Origin: Candidatus Kapaibacterium sp.
GTDB taxonomy: Bacteria > Bacteroidota > Ignavibacteria > Kapaibacteriales > UBA961
DNA length: 59,331 nucleotides
Assembly: GCA_017302855.1 (NCBI GenBank)
Contig: JAFLBY010000002.1
Span: forward strand, 1-59,331
Reading direction: 5' to 3'
The number at the start of each line of letters is the position of its first letter. Within the stretch, counting starts at the first letter, position 1. Of this stretch, positions 20,301-29,622 are shown piece after piece. The notes below the pieces were generated by a model. It searched no databases, was not told where the DNA came from, and worked only from the letters and a program-made list of their open reading frames with translations. Made by a program: the position numbers and the translations under genes.

Positions 20301-20446
20301 GAAGTAATAAAAACAGTAATCGTAGGACTAACGAGATTTTCACTAAATCCTAACCAAAAGTCTGTACCTTTGGTAGAAAGTTGAGCCGATGCAGTCATGC
20401 TGCATAATATAAATAGACTTATCAAAAAAGAATATAATGTTTTCAT
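17354..20446 (-). CDS. Large secreted T9SS cargo protein (IgGFc-binding-like N-domain, LamG-like region, T9SS C-terminal sorting domain)
   Basis: Signal peptide MKTLYSFLISLFILCSMTASAQ, then GTDFWLGFSEN. The C-terminal LMPNPANDLITLFS...GMYRVSVKT...IPLTIVR is a typical Por/T9SS CTD. Confidence 0.8.
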   Translation of the reverse strand: MKTLYSFLISLFILCSMTASAQLSTKGTDFWLGFSENLVSPTITVFITSDVATTGTVSIPMGTFSQNFTIAANSSTSVVIPLNQGYNTGSETIRNMGIRVIANNPVSVYGLNAGSASSDATGVLPTPALGTFYTIAGARTDEFNSQFLIVATENNTVVTINPSSTTRNFRAANTPFDITLQRGQTYQVQSSSSQSLNGSTVTSTLPVAVFAGATCVRIGGCTACDHIFEQNMPTNRLGQNFITIPLALRTAPIFYDVVATENGTTIRRNGVVVATLNARQTFSFSTTQREVITSSAPVALMQYSPGSSCDGVTSDPFVVYVPPIDQMIDRIVFNAFVTPNIPTYFVNIVTATSNTANVTLDGAPVTGFTTIPNDPTMSATTTTVVGGTHTLDAGGDKLSAMIYGYGSFDSYGYLAGTAATALRGSDIVVTPEFSYMQNIPYIDYRANDITTTNSVAVMGLTVRDGGATAPDNDGFTTTMTSLTIDVSHPAMIRRLALYDGINEIAEVSIPCCTTSVAQFTGLNIVVPDNGTRTLELRATFTESVNDNTQLLFRVVEAVSIPGGTEFRDLDGGGATSSMNGDDNRLEVIADRLRFLGQPSDVDVDAMMQPDVTVEAIDEFNNRDRDVEGREVFITNRRLNNSPEGALMNEDGIARYGTLTFGTSSPFEQLTAASPGYQPGLSTAFAIKGAIATGNRILHLNAGTHSGPDGTLTGFWDDLAGNDDNGEQSVMARRPALRNSAAFLINSHPVVQFGVGRGMQINTRSELSGGSSKTMFAVIRTGANVTSRQMLMEFGGIPGGFNMYIDGFRLHAGVWDQLRAWHLNRQVLPNRVYLVQYVYDGSRNRLSLNSTSYLIEAASLAVNFRDPNIQGGNQLNGIGAVVEQTRYHNAYSFLPFGDPFLGQIAEVIMLNTADVDERTAVFDELNLKYNIGAPGNPLLKESEEENIANQPLPSVELMPNPANDLITLFSNGAAIRQITITTMEGVEVQKLYLSGEYTTRTFETNRLAAGMYRVSVKTAEETVNIPLTIVR

Positions 20447-20477
20447 GATTATTCAGAAATATTGTGGGAAAATATAA

Positions 20478-21185
20478 TTATTGTTTAACACCATTATCAA
20501 AAATAAAATCCGCCATCGGCATATTGATTTTGGCTGTATCGAACACATACACAGCAATGATATCATTACCTATTTTCTTTTCGATACGATGAGGTAATGC
20601 CACGCCATTGACACGGCGATAATCACTATATTCTACCACAACATCAAGCGAACCTTGATTGATTTCTTTCCGCACTTCACGCACAAGGTACATGGTTTCC
20701 GCATCATAATAGAGAACTCTATCATCATTGTCGGCAATATGAGCAAGCACGCGAATCAATGTTTTACCATTTTCTGTTAGGCGATTTCCTATGGTAAACG
20801 ACGCAGCTTTTTCCAAGCGAGTCATCAATCCCATCATCGTTGCTGCCTCACGAGTAGTAATCAAATCCATAGAACGAAGAGGCATTTTATTGCCTCCACC
20901 AGCCATTTCGCTTGTTATCCAACCATCATTGCCTTTATAGGACATTTGGTCAAGACCTGTCTCGGGCGTACGCATCGTGATAAGTGCATGATTATCATTT
21001 CTGCATAAATACGACACAATCGTCGTTTTGTCGAATTGAGTCATAACACCGTTAAGTGTTATGGATTGAACATGTTCCAAGCCATGAGCATTTTTGACAT
21101 CTGCCACAAATTGGGCGGATTGCTGTGCATACATCGTGTGTGCTGCAATCATCACACATACTGCAAAGAGACACCGTAGTTTCAT
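20478..21185 (-). CDS. Secreted hypothetical protein, LolA/outer-membrane lipoprotein-sorting-like fold suspected
   Basis: The internal start MKLRCLFAVCVMIAAHTMYAQ gives a signal peptide. The longer ORF-track form would overlap the upstream LuxR gene. Family assignment is weak. Confidence 0.45.
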   Translation of the reverse strand: MKLRCLFAVCVMIAAHTMYAQQSAQFVADVKNAHGLEHVQSITLNGVMTQFDKTTIVSYLCRNDNHALITMRTPETGLDQMSYKGNDGWITSEMAGGGNKMPLRSMDLITTREAATMMGLMTRLEKAASFTIGNRLTENGKTLIRVLAHIADNDDRVLYYDAETMYLVREVRKEINQGSLDVVVEYSDYRRVNGVALPHRIEKKIGNDIIAVYVFDTAKINMPMADFIFDNGVKQ

Positions 21186-21280
21186 TGAACTACCTCCTGT
21201 AAAATTGTAAAAAGAAAAAAGGGAAAATACTACACTCATATTATTAAGTACAAAAGTACCATTCATTTCTATACAGCGGG

Positions 21281-21299
21281 GTACGTAAAACCTACGTAG
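21281..21299. promoter_or_regulatory. Candidate operator: two TACGTA hexamers 11 bp apart
   Basis: GTACGTAAAACCTACGTAG lies in the intergenic region between the TPR-LuxR gene and the downstream secreted-protein gene. It is related to the palindrome at 27046..27064. Confidence 0.3.
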
Positions 21300-21315
21300 T
21301 GGCAAAACTAACTTC

Positions 21316-23388
21316 TCAGTCCACAGCATACCGTTGAAGAAACGCGGTCAGGCTTTGTTCTTGTAAGCCGATTTTTTTACGAATATGCTCACGGTGCTTT
21401 TCTATGGTTCTTTGCGACAAACCAAAGGTTATGGCAATTTTTGATGATGACAAACCCATGGACAATAAAGTACACACCTTCAGTTCAGTCTCCGAAAGGG
21501 AAGGATAATCCGCTTCTAATTTTTGAATAAAATTACTGTAGGCAGTTTTAATTTGGGCTTGAAGACGGCTGCGCTCGGTCTCTGCTAAGTGCGGTGCTTC
21601 CAAAGAATCCAATAAATCGTACAATGTTTGGCGACTGTGTTGAGGCGAGAGATGGACAGCATCGGTTATTGTGTCATTAATTTTTTTGATTAAAGAGTTT
21701 TTTTGAACAATGATTTCAATCGTTGCTTCTAATTCTTTTTGAACAAGCGCGTTTTTTTGCAAAAGTTCAACACTCCGCAAACGATATATTTCTGCTTCAT
21801 GTTCAGCTATTTTTTTTTCTTGTTCCGCAAGAATAACTTTCTGTTTTAAATCGAACAAAGTAAGGTCTTTTTGACTTTTTTCAGAAAAAACCGTGCGCTG
21901 CAATTCCAAGCATTGTTCAAAAAGTTCTCCGGCTTCTTTCCATCGTCCTTGCTCTTTGTAAAGAGTTGCCAGACCACAACTCACTTCGTATTGCTCTTTT
22001 TTGGAATATGTTGTAGCAAATAAAACAAGAGCTTCATTAAATAATTGTTCAGCAATTTCAGTATTGGCATTATCATATTCTTTTTTTGCCAATAACTGCG
22101 CTTTAATATATAGGAACATTGCTCGAGAATAAACCGACCCGGCTTCATGGATAATTGGTTCAGCCAATTGCAATGTCTCAAATGCTTGCTCATACATTTC
22201 CTGCAATCTGTAGATATTGCTTATATTCAAAAAAACATTTGATATACCTATTTTTTTGCCCGAATTGATATGTGATTCTAATGCTTGATGCAAATAATCC
22301 AATGCCATATCATATTGTCCGGTCAAACTATACAAAGCACCGATATTGGCAAGCGCATCACCGACCGAACTTTTACGCTTAAATTTTCTATAATCGTCCA
22401 AAGCAAGATGATAATAATAGAATGCCGTATCATAATCATCTAAAGCTTGATGCAAATTCCCCAGATGCAAATACAATGACCCTCTTTGCTCGGTGCCGAT
22501 AACATTACGTATTTCTAATGCTTTCTGATAACATTCCAAAGCAAGAGAATATTCGGCAAGTCCATAATGTGCATTGCCTAAATTTTCTAAATTCTGCGCA
22601 ATTACTTCTTGACTGGCAAGTTTTGTACTCACTTCTATTGATTTTTTATAATAATATTTTGCCATTTCAAAGTCACCTCTTACGCGATGTACATTACCAA
22701 TATTATTATAATTTTGTGCAGTATTTGACCAATAGTTATTCTCGGTATTTATTGTAAGTGCACGCCCATAATATTCCAAAGCTTCGTTATAAAGAGATTG
22801 GTTTTTAAAAATATTTCCCATATTGTTTAAAGTTCGAGCTATGGCAAATAAATCTTTCAACTCCTCATAAATTCTGAGTGAGGGCTGATAATATTCCATT
22901 GCTCTAGCAAATTCTCCCAACTTCACATAAATATTGGCAATATTACCAATAGTGCGAGCTTCACGTTTTCTATCCCCATTTTTAACAAATATATTCAGCG
23001 CTTTATGGTTTAATGCCAATGCATCATCATATTCACCACGTTGTTTATGAACAACAGCTTTGTGAGAAAGTATATCGCCATGGAAAGTTGAAGAAGGAAA
23101 ATGGCGCAACACTATTGTTTCCGCTTGCGCAAGATAGTCAAGTGCTTCCTCGAATATTGACAAGACAAGAGATGCCTTACCCAATCCGGTCAATGCGCGG
23201 ACAATTCCTTCATGAAAATCAATATCCGTAGATTTTTTCAAGACAAAAAGCAATGATTCTTTTGACTTTATGGCATAACCCTGCTCAATACTCTTCTCTG
23301 CTTTGTCCAGTAAAGACACAAGCGTTGTTCTATCGAACTTCCCATCAATTCCTGTCACGACACACTCTATGTCTGATTCATCTATCAT
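21316..23388 (-). CDS. TPR-repeat LuxR/GerE-family transcriptional regulator
   Basis: About 10 TPR-like units (NIGNI..Y..A.EYY..AL), a coiled-coil linker, and the C-terminal LSETELKVCTLLSMGLSSSKIAITFGLSQRTIEKHREHIRKKIG. Confidence 0.85.
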   Translation of the reverse strand: MIDESDIECVVTGIDGKFDRTTLVSLLDKAEKSIEQGYAIKSKESLLFVLKKSTDIDFHEGIVRALTGLGKASLVLSIFEEALDYLAQAETIVLRHFPSSTFHGDILSHKAVVHKQRGEYDDALALNHKALNIFVKNGDRKREARTIGNIANIYVKLGEFARAMEYYQPSLRIYEELKDLFAIARTLNNMGNIFKNQSLYNEALEYYGRALTINTENNYWSNTAQNYNNIGNVHRVRGDFEMAKYYYKKSIEVSTKLASQEVIAQNLENLGNAHYGLAEYSLALECYQKALEIRNVIGTEQRGSLYLHLGNLHQALDDYDTAFYYYHLALDDYRKFKRKSSVGDALANIGALYSLTGQYDMALDYLHQALESHINSGKKIGISNVFLNISNIYRLQEMYEQAFETLQLAEPIIHEAGSVYSRAMFLYIKAQLLAKKEYDNANTEIAEQLFNEALVLFATTYSKKEQYEVSCGLATLYKEQGRWKEAGELFEQCLELQRTVFSEKSQKDLTLFDLKQKVILAEQEKKIAEHEAEIYRLRSVELLQKNALVQKELEATIEIIVQKNSLIKKINDTITDAVHLSPQHSRQTLYDLLDSLEAPHLAETERSRLQAQIKTAYSNFIQKLEADYPSLSETELKVCTLLSMGLSSSKIAITFGLSQRTIEKHREHIRKKIGLQEQSLTAFLQRYAVD

Positions 23389-23526
23389 ATTATGTATTTG
23401 CTATCATATACTTTTGTGCGCTTCACTTCATTACAATACCTGCAATGTACTGAAAATAAGAGTATCTGCAACAAATTTCCGTATTTTGTATTACTGAATA
23501 TGAATGTCTCATCATCTATAAATTCT

Positions 23527-24540
23527 ATGAACAATACAAGAAGAAACTTCATGAAGGCGACGGGTCTGCTGGGTGCAGCGTCGTTTATGCCATTACCATC
23601 CTTAGCTATGGATGGTACGATAACAAAAACAATTGCGGCTGATTGCACTCTCATCCCGAGTGAAACCGCAGGTCCTTTTCCATTGGATCTCACTGCAAAT
23701 ACTTTTTACTTGCGTCAGGACATACGAGAATCACAACAAGGTGTCCCTTTGAACCTCAGACTCAAAGTCTTAGGTGTGACAAATTGCCAACCAATGTCCA
23801 ATGTGCGTGTTAATATATGGCATTGCAACAAAGATGGCGTCTATTCGGGCTACAATACAAACAATAATCCCGGAGATGCAAGTTCAACATTCCTCAGAGG
23901 CTATCAAATTACTGATGCACAAGGTGAAGTTACCTTCAAAACCATCTTCCCGGGATGGTATAATGGACGCATAACTCATATACACTTTCAAGTCTATGTA
24001 AGTTCATCATATTCTGCTGTATCACAATTAACATTTGATATAGAACAAAAAAATACGCTGTTTACTGCTCATAAAGATATCTACACCAAAGGTAATGACC
24101 CACTAACATTCAGCAGTGATAATATTTTCTCTGACGGATACACAGTACAATTAGCTACCCTGACACGCAATGAAACAACAGGCGAGTATGAGTCATATAT
24201 GGAAATTGCTGTGCAAGGAGAAGGTACTCTCGGCGTGGGGCATATAGAAAAAGAAAATGCAAAATATTTTTCCTTAGGTCAGAACTACCCAAATCCCTAT
24301 CATAAAGATATTTCTATTCCTTTGACATTGCATCAATCGGGCAGAGTAGTTATTGAGCTTTTTGATCTCAATGGGAAAAAACTCTTGGTTCTGCATGACA
24401 ATCAATTATCGGAAGGCGACCATACCGTCTCATTCACAATGGACAATCTTGGATTACCGGTTGCTCCTTATCTGTACCAAATAACATTCACCAATATACA
24501 TGGAACATTTACGGATATAAAAATGATGACCCCACAGTAA
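23527..24540 (+). CDS. Secreted intradiol-dioxygenase-like protein with a T9SS C-terminal domain
   Basis: Tat-like signal MNNTRRNFMKATGLLGAASF, then ETAGPFPLD and GRITHIHFQV as in protocatechuate-dioxygenase-like domains. The C-terminal FSLGQNYPNPYHKDISIPL...YLYQITF is a T9SS CTD. Confidence 0.7.
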   Translation: MNNTRRNFMKATGLLGAASFMPLPSLAMDGTITKTIAADCTLIPSETAGPFPLDLTANTFYLRQDIRESQQGVPLNLRLKVLGVTNCQPMSNVRVNIWHCNKDGVYSGYNTNNNPGDASSTFLRGYQITDAQGEVTFKTIFPGWYNGRITHIHFQVYVSSSYSAVSQLTFDIEQKNTLFTAHKDIYTKGNDPLTFSSDNIFSDGYTVQLATLTRNETTGEYESYMEIAVQGEGTLGVGHIEKENAKYFSLGQNYPNPYHKDISIPLTLHQSGRVVIELFDLNGKKLLVLHDNQLSEGDHTVSFTMDNLGLPVAPYLYQITFTNIHGTFTDIKMMTPQ

Positions 24541-24594
24541 TCTATATAAAGTCTGAACGACTATTTTTTCTTAATCCATTTTTTTTCTATTATA

Positions 24595-25656
24595 ATGCGA
24601 TACATATTTATTCTGTATATACTTTGGAATTGTTTTTCATTGTCTCCCATTGTATATGCGCATAATTATGAAGAAATTATACAGAAATACTATAAAAACA
24701 ATAATTTTAACGGGGCAGTATTAATCGCGCAAAACGGATCAGTTCTGTATAAATCAGGTGTCGGTTTATCAAACAGAGAAGAGGGAACGAGCATCAATTC
24801 TCAATCCCTCTTCAAGGTAGCATCTGTGACAAAAGTATTTACCTCACTCATCATCTTACATCTTTATGAAAAAGGTGTGCTTGATCTTCATCAAACTATT
24901 GGGAAATATTATCCGGAATATTCGGGTGAGGGAAAAGAGCGTGTCACACTTCACCATTTATTGACTCATAGCTCCGGTATTACGCATTGCGAGGGATCAA
25001 ACGGAATAGCCGTATATCAATCACCTTACTCTGTTGATGAATTTATTCGTCGTTATTGTAGCGGTACATTAGACTATGAACCGGGTAGCCAATTTCGGTA
25101 CAATAATGCGGATTATATTATCCTTGGAAGAATCATCGAAAAAGTAACAGGAAAATCTTTTTCAGAAAATCTACACTCTATCATCGTGCAACCTCTTCAG
25201 TTGCAACATACCGCCATGCTATATCACAAAGATATTATCAATGGTTTAGCATCAACATATTATATTGATGACAGTACGAAGATTTTTTATCGAGATGCCC
25301 CCATGTATATTGAAAATTATTTTTCCGCGGGAGCAATGTATTCAACTGTTGATGATATTTTCCGCTTAGATAAAGCCCTTTTTTCCTCAAGAATTCTACA
25401 AAAAAGTACTGTTGATCTTATGATGACTCCCTATCCTGCACTTTATAATGTTGCTTATGGTTTATGGGTAAGTCAGCAAAAATTCGGTAAAAAGACTTAT
25501 AAAGTCGCTAATAGACAAGGGTCAATTTGGGGTGCAAATGCCTATTGGATTCATATCATGGATAATAATATCACAATCATTATTTTAAGTAATACCAATG
25601 CAACAAATTTACACACTTTAGCAGAAGAATTTGCCTTAGAAACAATGAAAAACTAA
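24595..25656 (+). CDS. Serine hydrolase, beta-lactamase/PBP4 family (class C-like)
   Basis: Signal peptide, SxxK motif in FKVASVTKVFTS, and a YNNADY segment (YxN). Confidence 0.8.
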   Translation: MRYIFILYILWNCFSLSPIVYAHNYEEIIQKYYKNNNFNGAVLIAQNGSVLYKSGVGLSNREEGTSINSQSLFKVASVTKVFTSLIILHLYEKGVLDLHQTIGKYYPEYSGEGKERVTLHHLLTHSSGITHCEGSNGIAVYQSPYSVDEFIRRYCSGTLDYEPGSQFRYNNADYIILGRIIEKVTGKSFSENLHSIIVQPLQLQHTAMLYHKDIINGLASTYYIDDSTKIFYRDAPMYIENYFSAGAMYSTVDDIFRLDKALFSSRILQKSTVDLMMTPYPALYNVAYGLWVSQQKFGKKTYKVANRQGSIWGANAYWIHIMDNNITIIILSNTNATNLHTLAEEFALETMKN

Positions 25657-25763
25657 GCTGCAATTATTGGTGTCTGCTTTATGATTTACACGGTGTGTAG
25701 GTTTCCACGATTCTTTACCTTTTGGAAATTTTTCCCACGCTATTTCGCTTTGCAGTACAGCTA

Positions 25764-26951
25764 TCACAATCGCCTTGCCGCACAGAAGGTTTTTGTGTAT
25801 TTTGATGTAGTGGAATAATTGAGTAGCGAAGCACCTTTATAGTCGCCCATGGTCGGTCCGTTGATGGATGTGCGGCTTGAAATAAATCGGGCATAGGATG
25901 TGGCTGTACCCGGTTGAGTCCATTGCCCAATATACATACCGACGTGGTTTATCTTCGATGCAGACGTACCAATATTATCATCGAAAAATACAAGATCGCC
26001 GATATTGAGCTTACTCACCTGATTCATAGCTGTTGCTCCCGTGTGCGCAATAATCACTTCGCCGGGGGAATTGGCATACATGGCGTATGATGTGCGCGTC
26101 ATGGTATTATTAGAATTATCCCATGAACCGTTTTTATCAATCGAAAGTGGAATCTGCCCATCAGTGTATGAACCGGACGAATTGCTCCGCGCCCCCCAAA
26201 TCATGCGCATATAGCCTGAACAATCCAGCGATAATGCTTCATTGGCTTCGGGAGCGTCTGTTTTTGTCCAGGGATTGGTATAATTGATAGTTACTTGAAA
26301 ATAATCATTGTAATCACCGCCCGATGAATATGTCGCATCTCCATACATTTGAACTGACTTATTGTTGAATATTCCGGTTTGAGCCGACGCACCCGCGATA
26401 TATTGCATTGCAGTTTCCAGCACATCCGGTACCCCGTTTTGATTGGCTATTATAGCATCGTATAGCCATTGTTTCAATACTTCTTTTTGCGCCATCGTGT
26501 TGCTGTTATAGACTGCGATGCTAAATGGTGCAGTTAGTTTGCGCACCCAAGTGCCATGTGTCACGGAATATGTCGTCATATTGGTGCTGCCCGACACGCT
26601 ATTGACTTCTGTGAATGTTCTCGACGGTCCGGCCATTGATACAGTATAACACTTATCGGTAAAGGTTGCGACTTTTGCGTTGCCGCTCAATACTTCCACA
26701 CGAGCAGGCGATGATTGTACCGAAAATGAATACCCATTAATTGTTGTAATCAGAGCGGTGTTAGTTCCGTTGATTTGAATAGTCCGGCTTTTTCTATCGG
26801 CTTTTTCCTCGTTCATATCTCCAAGTTTCGGAGATGCTGACTCGGAACTCAAGGAATCAGAACAACCCGAAAACAAAGCAATTGCAAGACTAAGTGCCGC
26901 ACCTGCAACTATGGTGCCGTAGTACATTTTGTTTGAACCGTACTTTGACAT
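25764..26951 (-). CDS. Lipoprotein with a C-terminal NlpC/P60 (C40) peptidase domain
   Basis: Lipobox LFSGC. Catalytic Cys context LDCSGYMRMIWG and His context INHVGMYIG. Confidence 0.75.
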   Translation of the reverse strand: MSKYGSNKMYYGTIVAGAALSLAIALFSGCSDSLSSESASPKLGDMNEEKADRKSRTIQINGTNTALITTINGYSFSVQSSPARVEVLSGNAKVATFTDKCYTVSMAGPSRTFTEVNSVSGSTNMTTYSVTHGTWVRKLTAPFSIAVYNSNTMAQKEVLKQWLYDAIIANQNGVPDVLETAMQYIAGASAQTGIFNNKSVQMYGDATYSSGGDYNDYFQVTINYTNPWTKTDAPEANEALSLDCSGYMRMIWGARSNSSGSYTDGQIPLSIDKNGSWDNSNNTMTRTSYAMYANSPGEVIIAHTGATAMNQVSKLNIGDLVFFDDNIGTSASKINHVGMYIGQWTQPGTATSYARFISSRTSINGPTMGDYKGASLLNYSTTSKYTKTFCAARRL

Positions 26952-27045
26952 AAATTTTTTCCTTTGATAAATATCTGTACATTAGATATCTGCTTGATAC
27001 CTGTTGAATAATCGCAAAATTACAAAGCGTATGTAGCAATGGTGA

Positions 27046-27064
27046 CTACGTAATAATTACGTAG
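27046..27064. promoter_or_regulatory. Candidate operator palindrome CTACGTAAT-A-ATTACGTAG
   Basis: Perfect 9-bp inverted repeat about 95 bp upstream of the NlpC/P60 start, in the intergenic region downstream of a TPR-LuxR gene. Confidence 0.3.
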
Positions 27065-27404
27065 CAAGGCGGATATATCATTGATATGTTCTTGATATGT
27101 ATATAGTTTTGATTATTTCAATGCCGAACTGTCCCGTGACATCATCTGCTCATTTGACAATGACAATCAGTGAATGTATGAATTTTTATTCTGAAATATT
27201 TGAAGACAGAACGGTAGTATCAACGATATTGCTGAACAACATGGAGACAGAATCAAGTGTAACAACAATGATTTTTCTTCGGGGCGTAATTTTTTCATGA
27301 TTTGCCGAGAGGTTCATGTTTGGCTTGTCATTATCAAGCTTCATTGTCTTGTGTTTACGGCATTTATCATTATTCAGATTCAATCATACTCTAAAAGGGA
27401 GTAT

Positions 27405-29435
27405 TTAATATTCTTCCAGAAATTGTTGAAGGAATGATACTATATTGCCATGAGCAGCTATGCCGAGTTTCTTACGAATTGTCGAACGGTATTTCTCTAT
27501 CGTCCGCTCCGAGACACCCAACGTAATCGCTATCTTCGATGTACTCAATTGCATCATCATCAATGCACATGTCTTTATTTCTCCGTCATTTAATTCTTTA
27601 TACATAGACTCCAGTCGCGACATAAACTCTCCATACACCGCACGCAATTGAAGCAATACAACTATGCGATCTTCTTCATCGCCTACACGCTCATCCAATA
27701 ATTCTATCACACTATATACCGCGCGACGACTCTCGCCATTAGTCAAACTCATAGCATATTCTAATTTACCCGATATGCTCCGAATAAATTGACTCTTTCG
27801 TACCAAACGTTCTATCAATTCTTCAAGCTCTTTTTTCATCAATGCTATATTGCGTGCTAATTCCTCAGCCTTCAAACGCTGTATCTCTCCGTCGCGTTCC
27901 GCTATCGCACGGGCTTTCTCTTTCTCCATAATTTGACGAAGTAAATCAAAACGATCCGCTTGCTTCTTTACCTCAAGACTTTGGACTTCTTTTTCTAAAG
28001 AATGATATTGTTCTATATATTCTGCATATTCCTCCCAACGACATTCCTGTTTACAGAGAACAGATAGAGCTTTATAAAACTGGTAAAGGTATTGTTTTGT
28101 CCCCGATTCATTTATTTCTGCAATAGCTTCCAACAAATATGTTTGTGCCATAACCGGATTATATTTTACAAAATCTATTTTTGTATATATGATACCAATA
28201 TTACCTATATTAATCGCAGCATTATTCTTTATGCCAAGTTCCTTATTTAAAGCAAGGGCTTGTTGAAAATAATTATAGGCGCCGGTATAGTCTGATAGAT
28301 TAAAATAGACAATGCCCATATTATCAAGATTCACCGCTACACTGCTTCGTATGCCAAGTTCTTCATTCAAAGCAAGGGCTCGGCGATAATAGTTAAGAGC
28401 TTGGCGATAATCTGATAATTCGCGATACACATTACCAATATTGCCAAGATTAATCGCTATTGTACTTTTCCTATCAAGTTTTTCATTCAAGTCAAGGGCT
28501 TGACGATAATAACTCAAAGCTCGCTCATAGTCCGATAAATCATCATATACATTACCAATATTGCCAAGATTATTAGCTATCCCGCTTTTCCTATCAAGTT
28601 TTTCATTCAAGTCAAGGGCTTGACGATAATACTCTAAGGCTTGAATATACTCTGATAAATTTCTATAGATTCCTCCAATACTATCAAGTGCTACAGCTAC
28701 ATTACTGTGCATTCCAAGCTCTTGATTTAATACAAGACCTTGGCGATAATAATTCAAAGCATTCCTATAGTCCGATAAAGCACTATAGGCATCACCAATG
28801 TTAACAACTAAAAAAGCTAAATGAATTTTTTGACCAAATTTTTCATGTATAACAAGGGCTTGACGATAATAATTCAAAGCACTCTCATAGTCCGATAGAG
28901 CACTATATACAAGACCAATATTAATAAGATTACCAAGTATTTTGCCTTTATCATCCAGTTGCTCATTTAAAATCAGCGCTTCGCGATGATAGTTCAAAGC
29001 TCGATGAAAGTCAGATAAATGCCAGCATAGATTACCAAGGCTGCCAAGATTACTTGCAACTCCTTTTTTATCATTCAATTCTTCATCTAAAATAAGAGCT
29101 TGACGGTGATACTCTAAGGCTTTGGAGTAATCAGAGAAAAGCCGATACACATTCCCGATATTGCTGAGTGACTTGGCTTGTAGTTCTTTGCTTTTTATTT
29201 GTAAGGCAAGGGTAAGAACTTCTTCGGCATACGGCAATGAATCTTTTGCCATGCCACGCCACCACAGGGATTGAGAGAGAGCAAGCAGAGTGCGACAGTG
29301 AAGATCTGATTCATTTGCAAGAGTGTCATCAAGAAGTAGCTCACGTGCTTTTTTTTCTACTTCTTCAAAATCTTTACCCGAATTGAGTAATGCTTCAAGT
29401 TCTTCTATGTTAATTCTAAGCTGTTCTATCGTCAT
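27405..29435 (-). CDS. TPR-repeat LuxR/GerE-family transcriptional regulator
   Basis: 40-aa TPR units (NIGNVY..LSDY..AL.YYRQAL.L.E.L), the coiled coil YHSLEKEVQSLEVKKQ, and the C-terminal GEIKTCALMMMQLSTSKIAITLGVSERTIEKYRSTIRKKLG. Confidence 0.85.
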   Translation of the reverse strand: MTIEQLRINIEELEALLNSGKDFEEVEKKARELLLDDTLANESDLHCRTLLALSQSLWWRGMAKDSLPYAEEVLTLALQIKSKELQAKSLSNIGNVYRLFSDYSKALEYHRQALILDEELNDKKGVASNLGSLGNLCWHLSDFHRALNYHREALILNEQLDDKGKILGNLINIGLVYSALSDYESALNYYRQALVIHEKFGQKIHLAFLVVNIGDAYSALSDYRNALNYYRQGLVLNQELGMHSNVAVALDSIGGIYRNLSEYIQALEYYRQALDLNEKLDRKSGIANNLGNIGNVYDDLSDYERALSYYRQALDLNEKLDRKSTIAINLGNIGNVYRELSDYRQALNYYRRALALNEELGIRSSVAVNLDNMGIVYFNLSDYTGAYNYFQQALALNKELGIKNNAAINIGNIGIIYTKIDFVKYNPVMAQTYLLEAIAEINESGTKQYLYQFYKALSVLCKQECRWEEYAEYIEQYHSLEKEVQSLEVKKQADRFDLLRQIMEKEKARAIAERDGEIQRLKAEELARNIALMKKELEELIERLVRKSQFIRSISGKLEYAMSLTNGESRRAVYSVIELLDERVGDEEDRIVVLLQLRAVYGEFMSRLESMYKELNDGEIKTCALMMMQLSTSKIAITLGVSERTIEKYRSTIRKKLGIAAHGNIVSFLQQFLEEY
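27410..28016. repeat. 607-bp near-identical duplicated 3' module (copy 1)
   Basis: Matches 29625..30231 with about six substitutions found by eye. It covers the coiled-coil and LuxR HTH coding part. Confidence 0.9.
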
Positions 29436-29622
29436 AGTGTGTTTATTTATTTATTTTCGCTTTTTATTATCCCTACTACATATTTAATGATTGTAGGGTA
29501 TCAGGTTTAGTTATGTATTATTTACACATTTTCTCAACTCTTCTTTTTATACTATCGTTCTTACAAATTGTTGTACACTAAAGTTCTGCCATATATTTTT
29601 TATCAAACGACATAACATTAAA

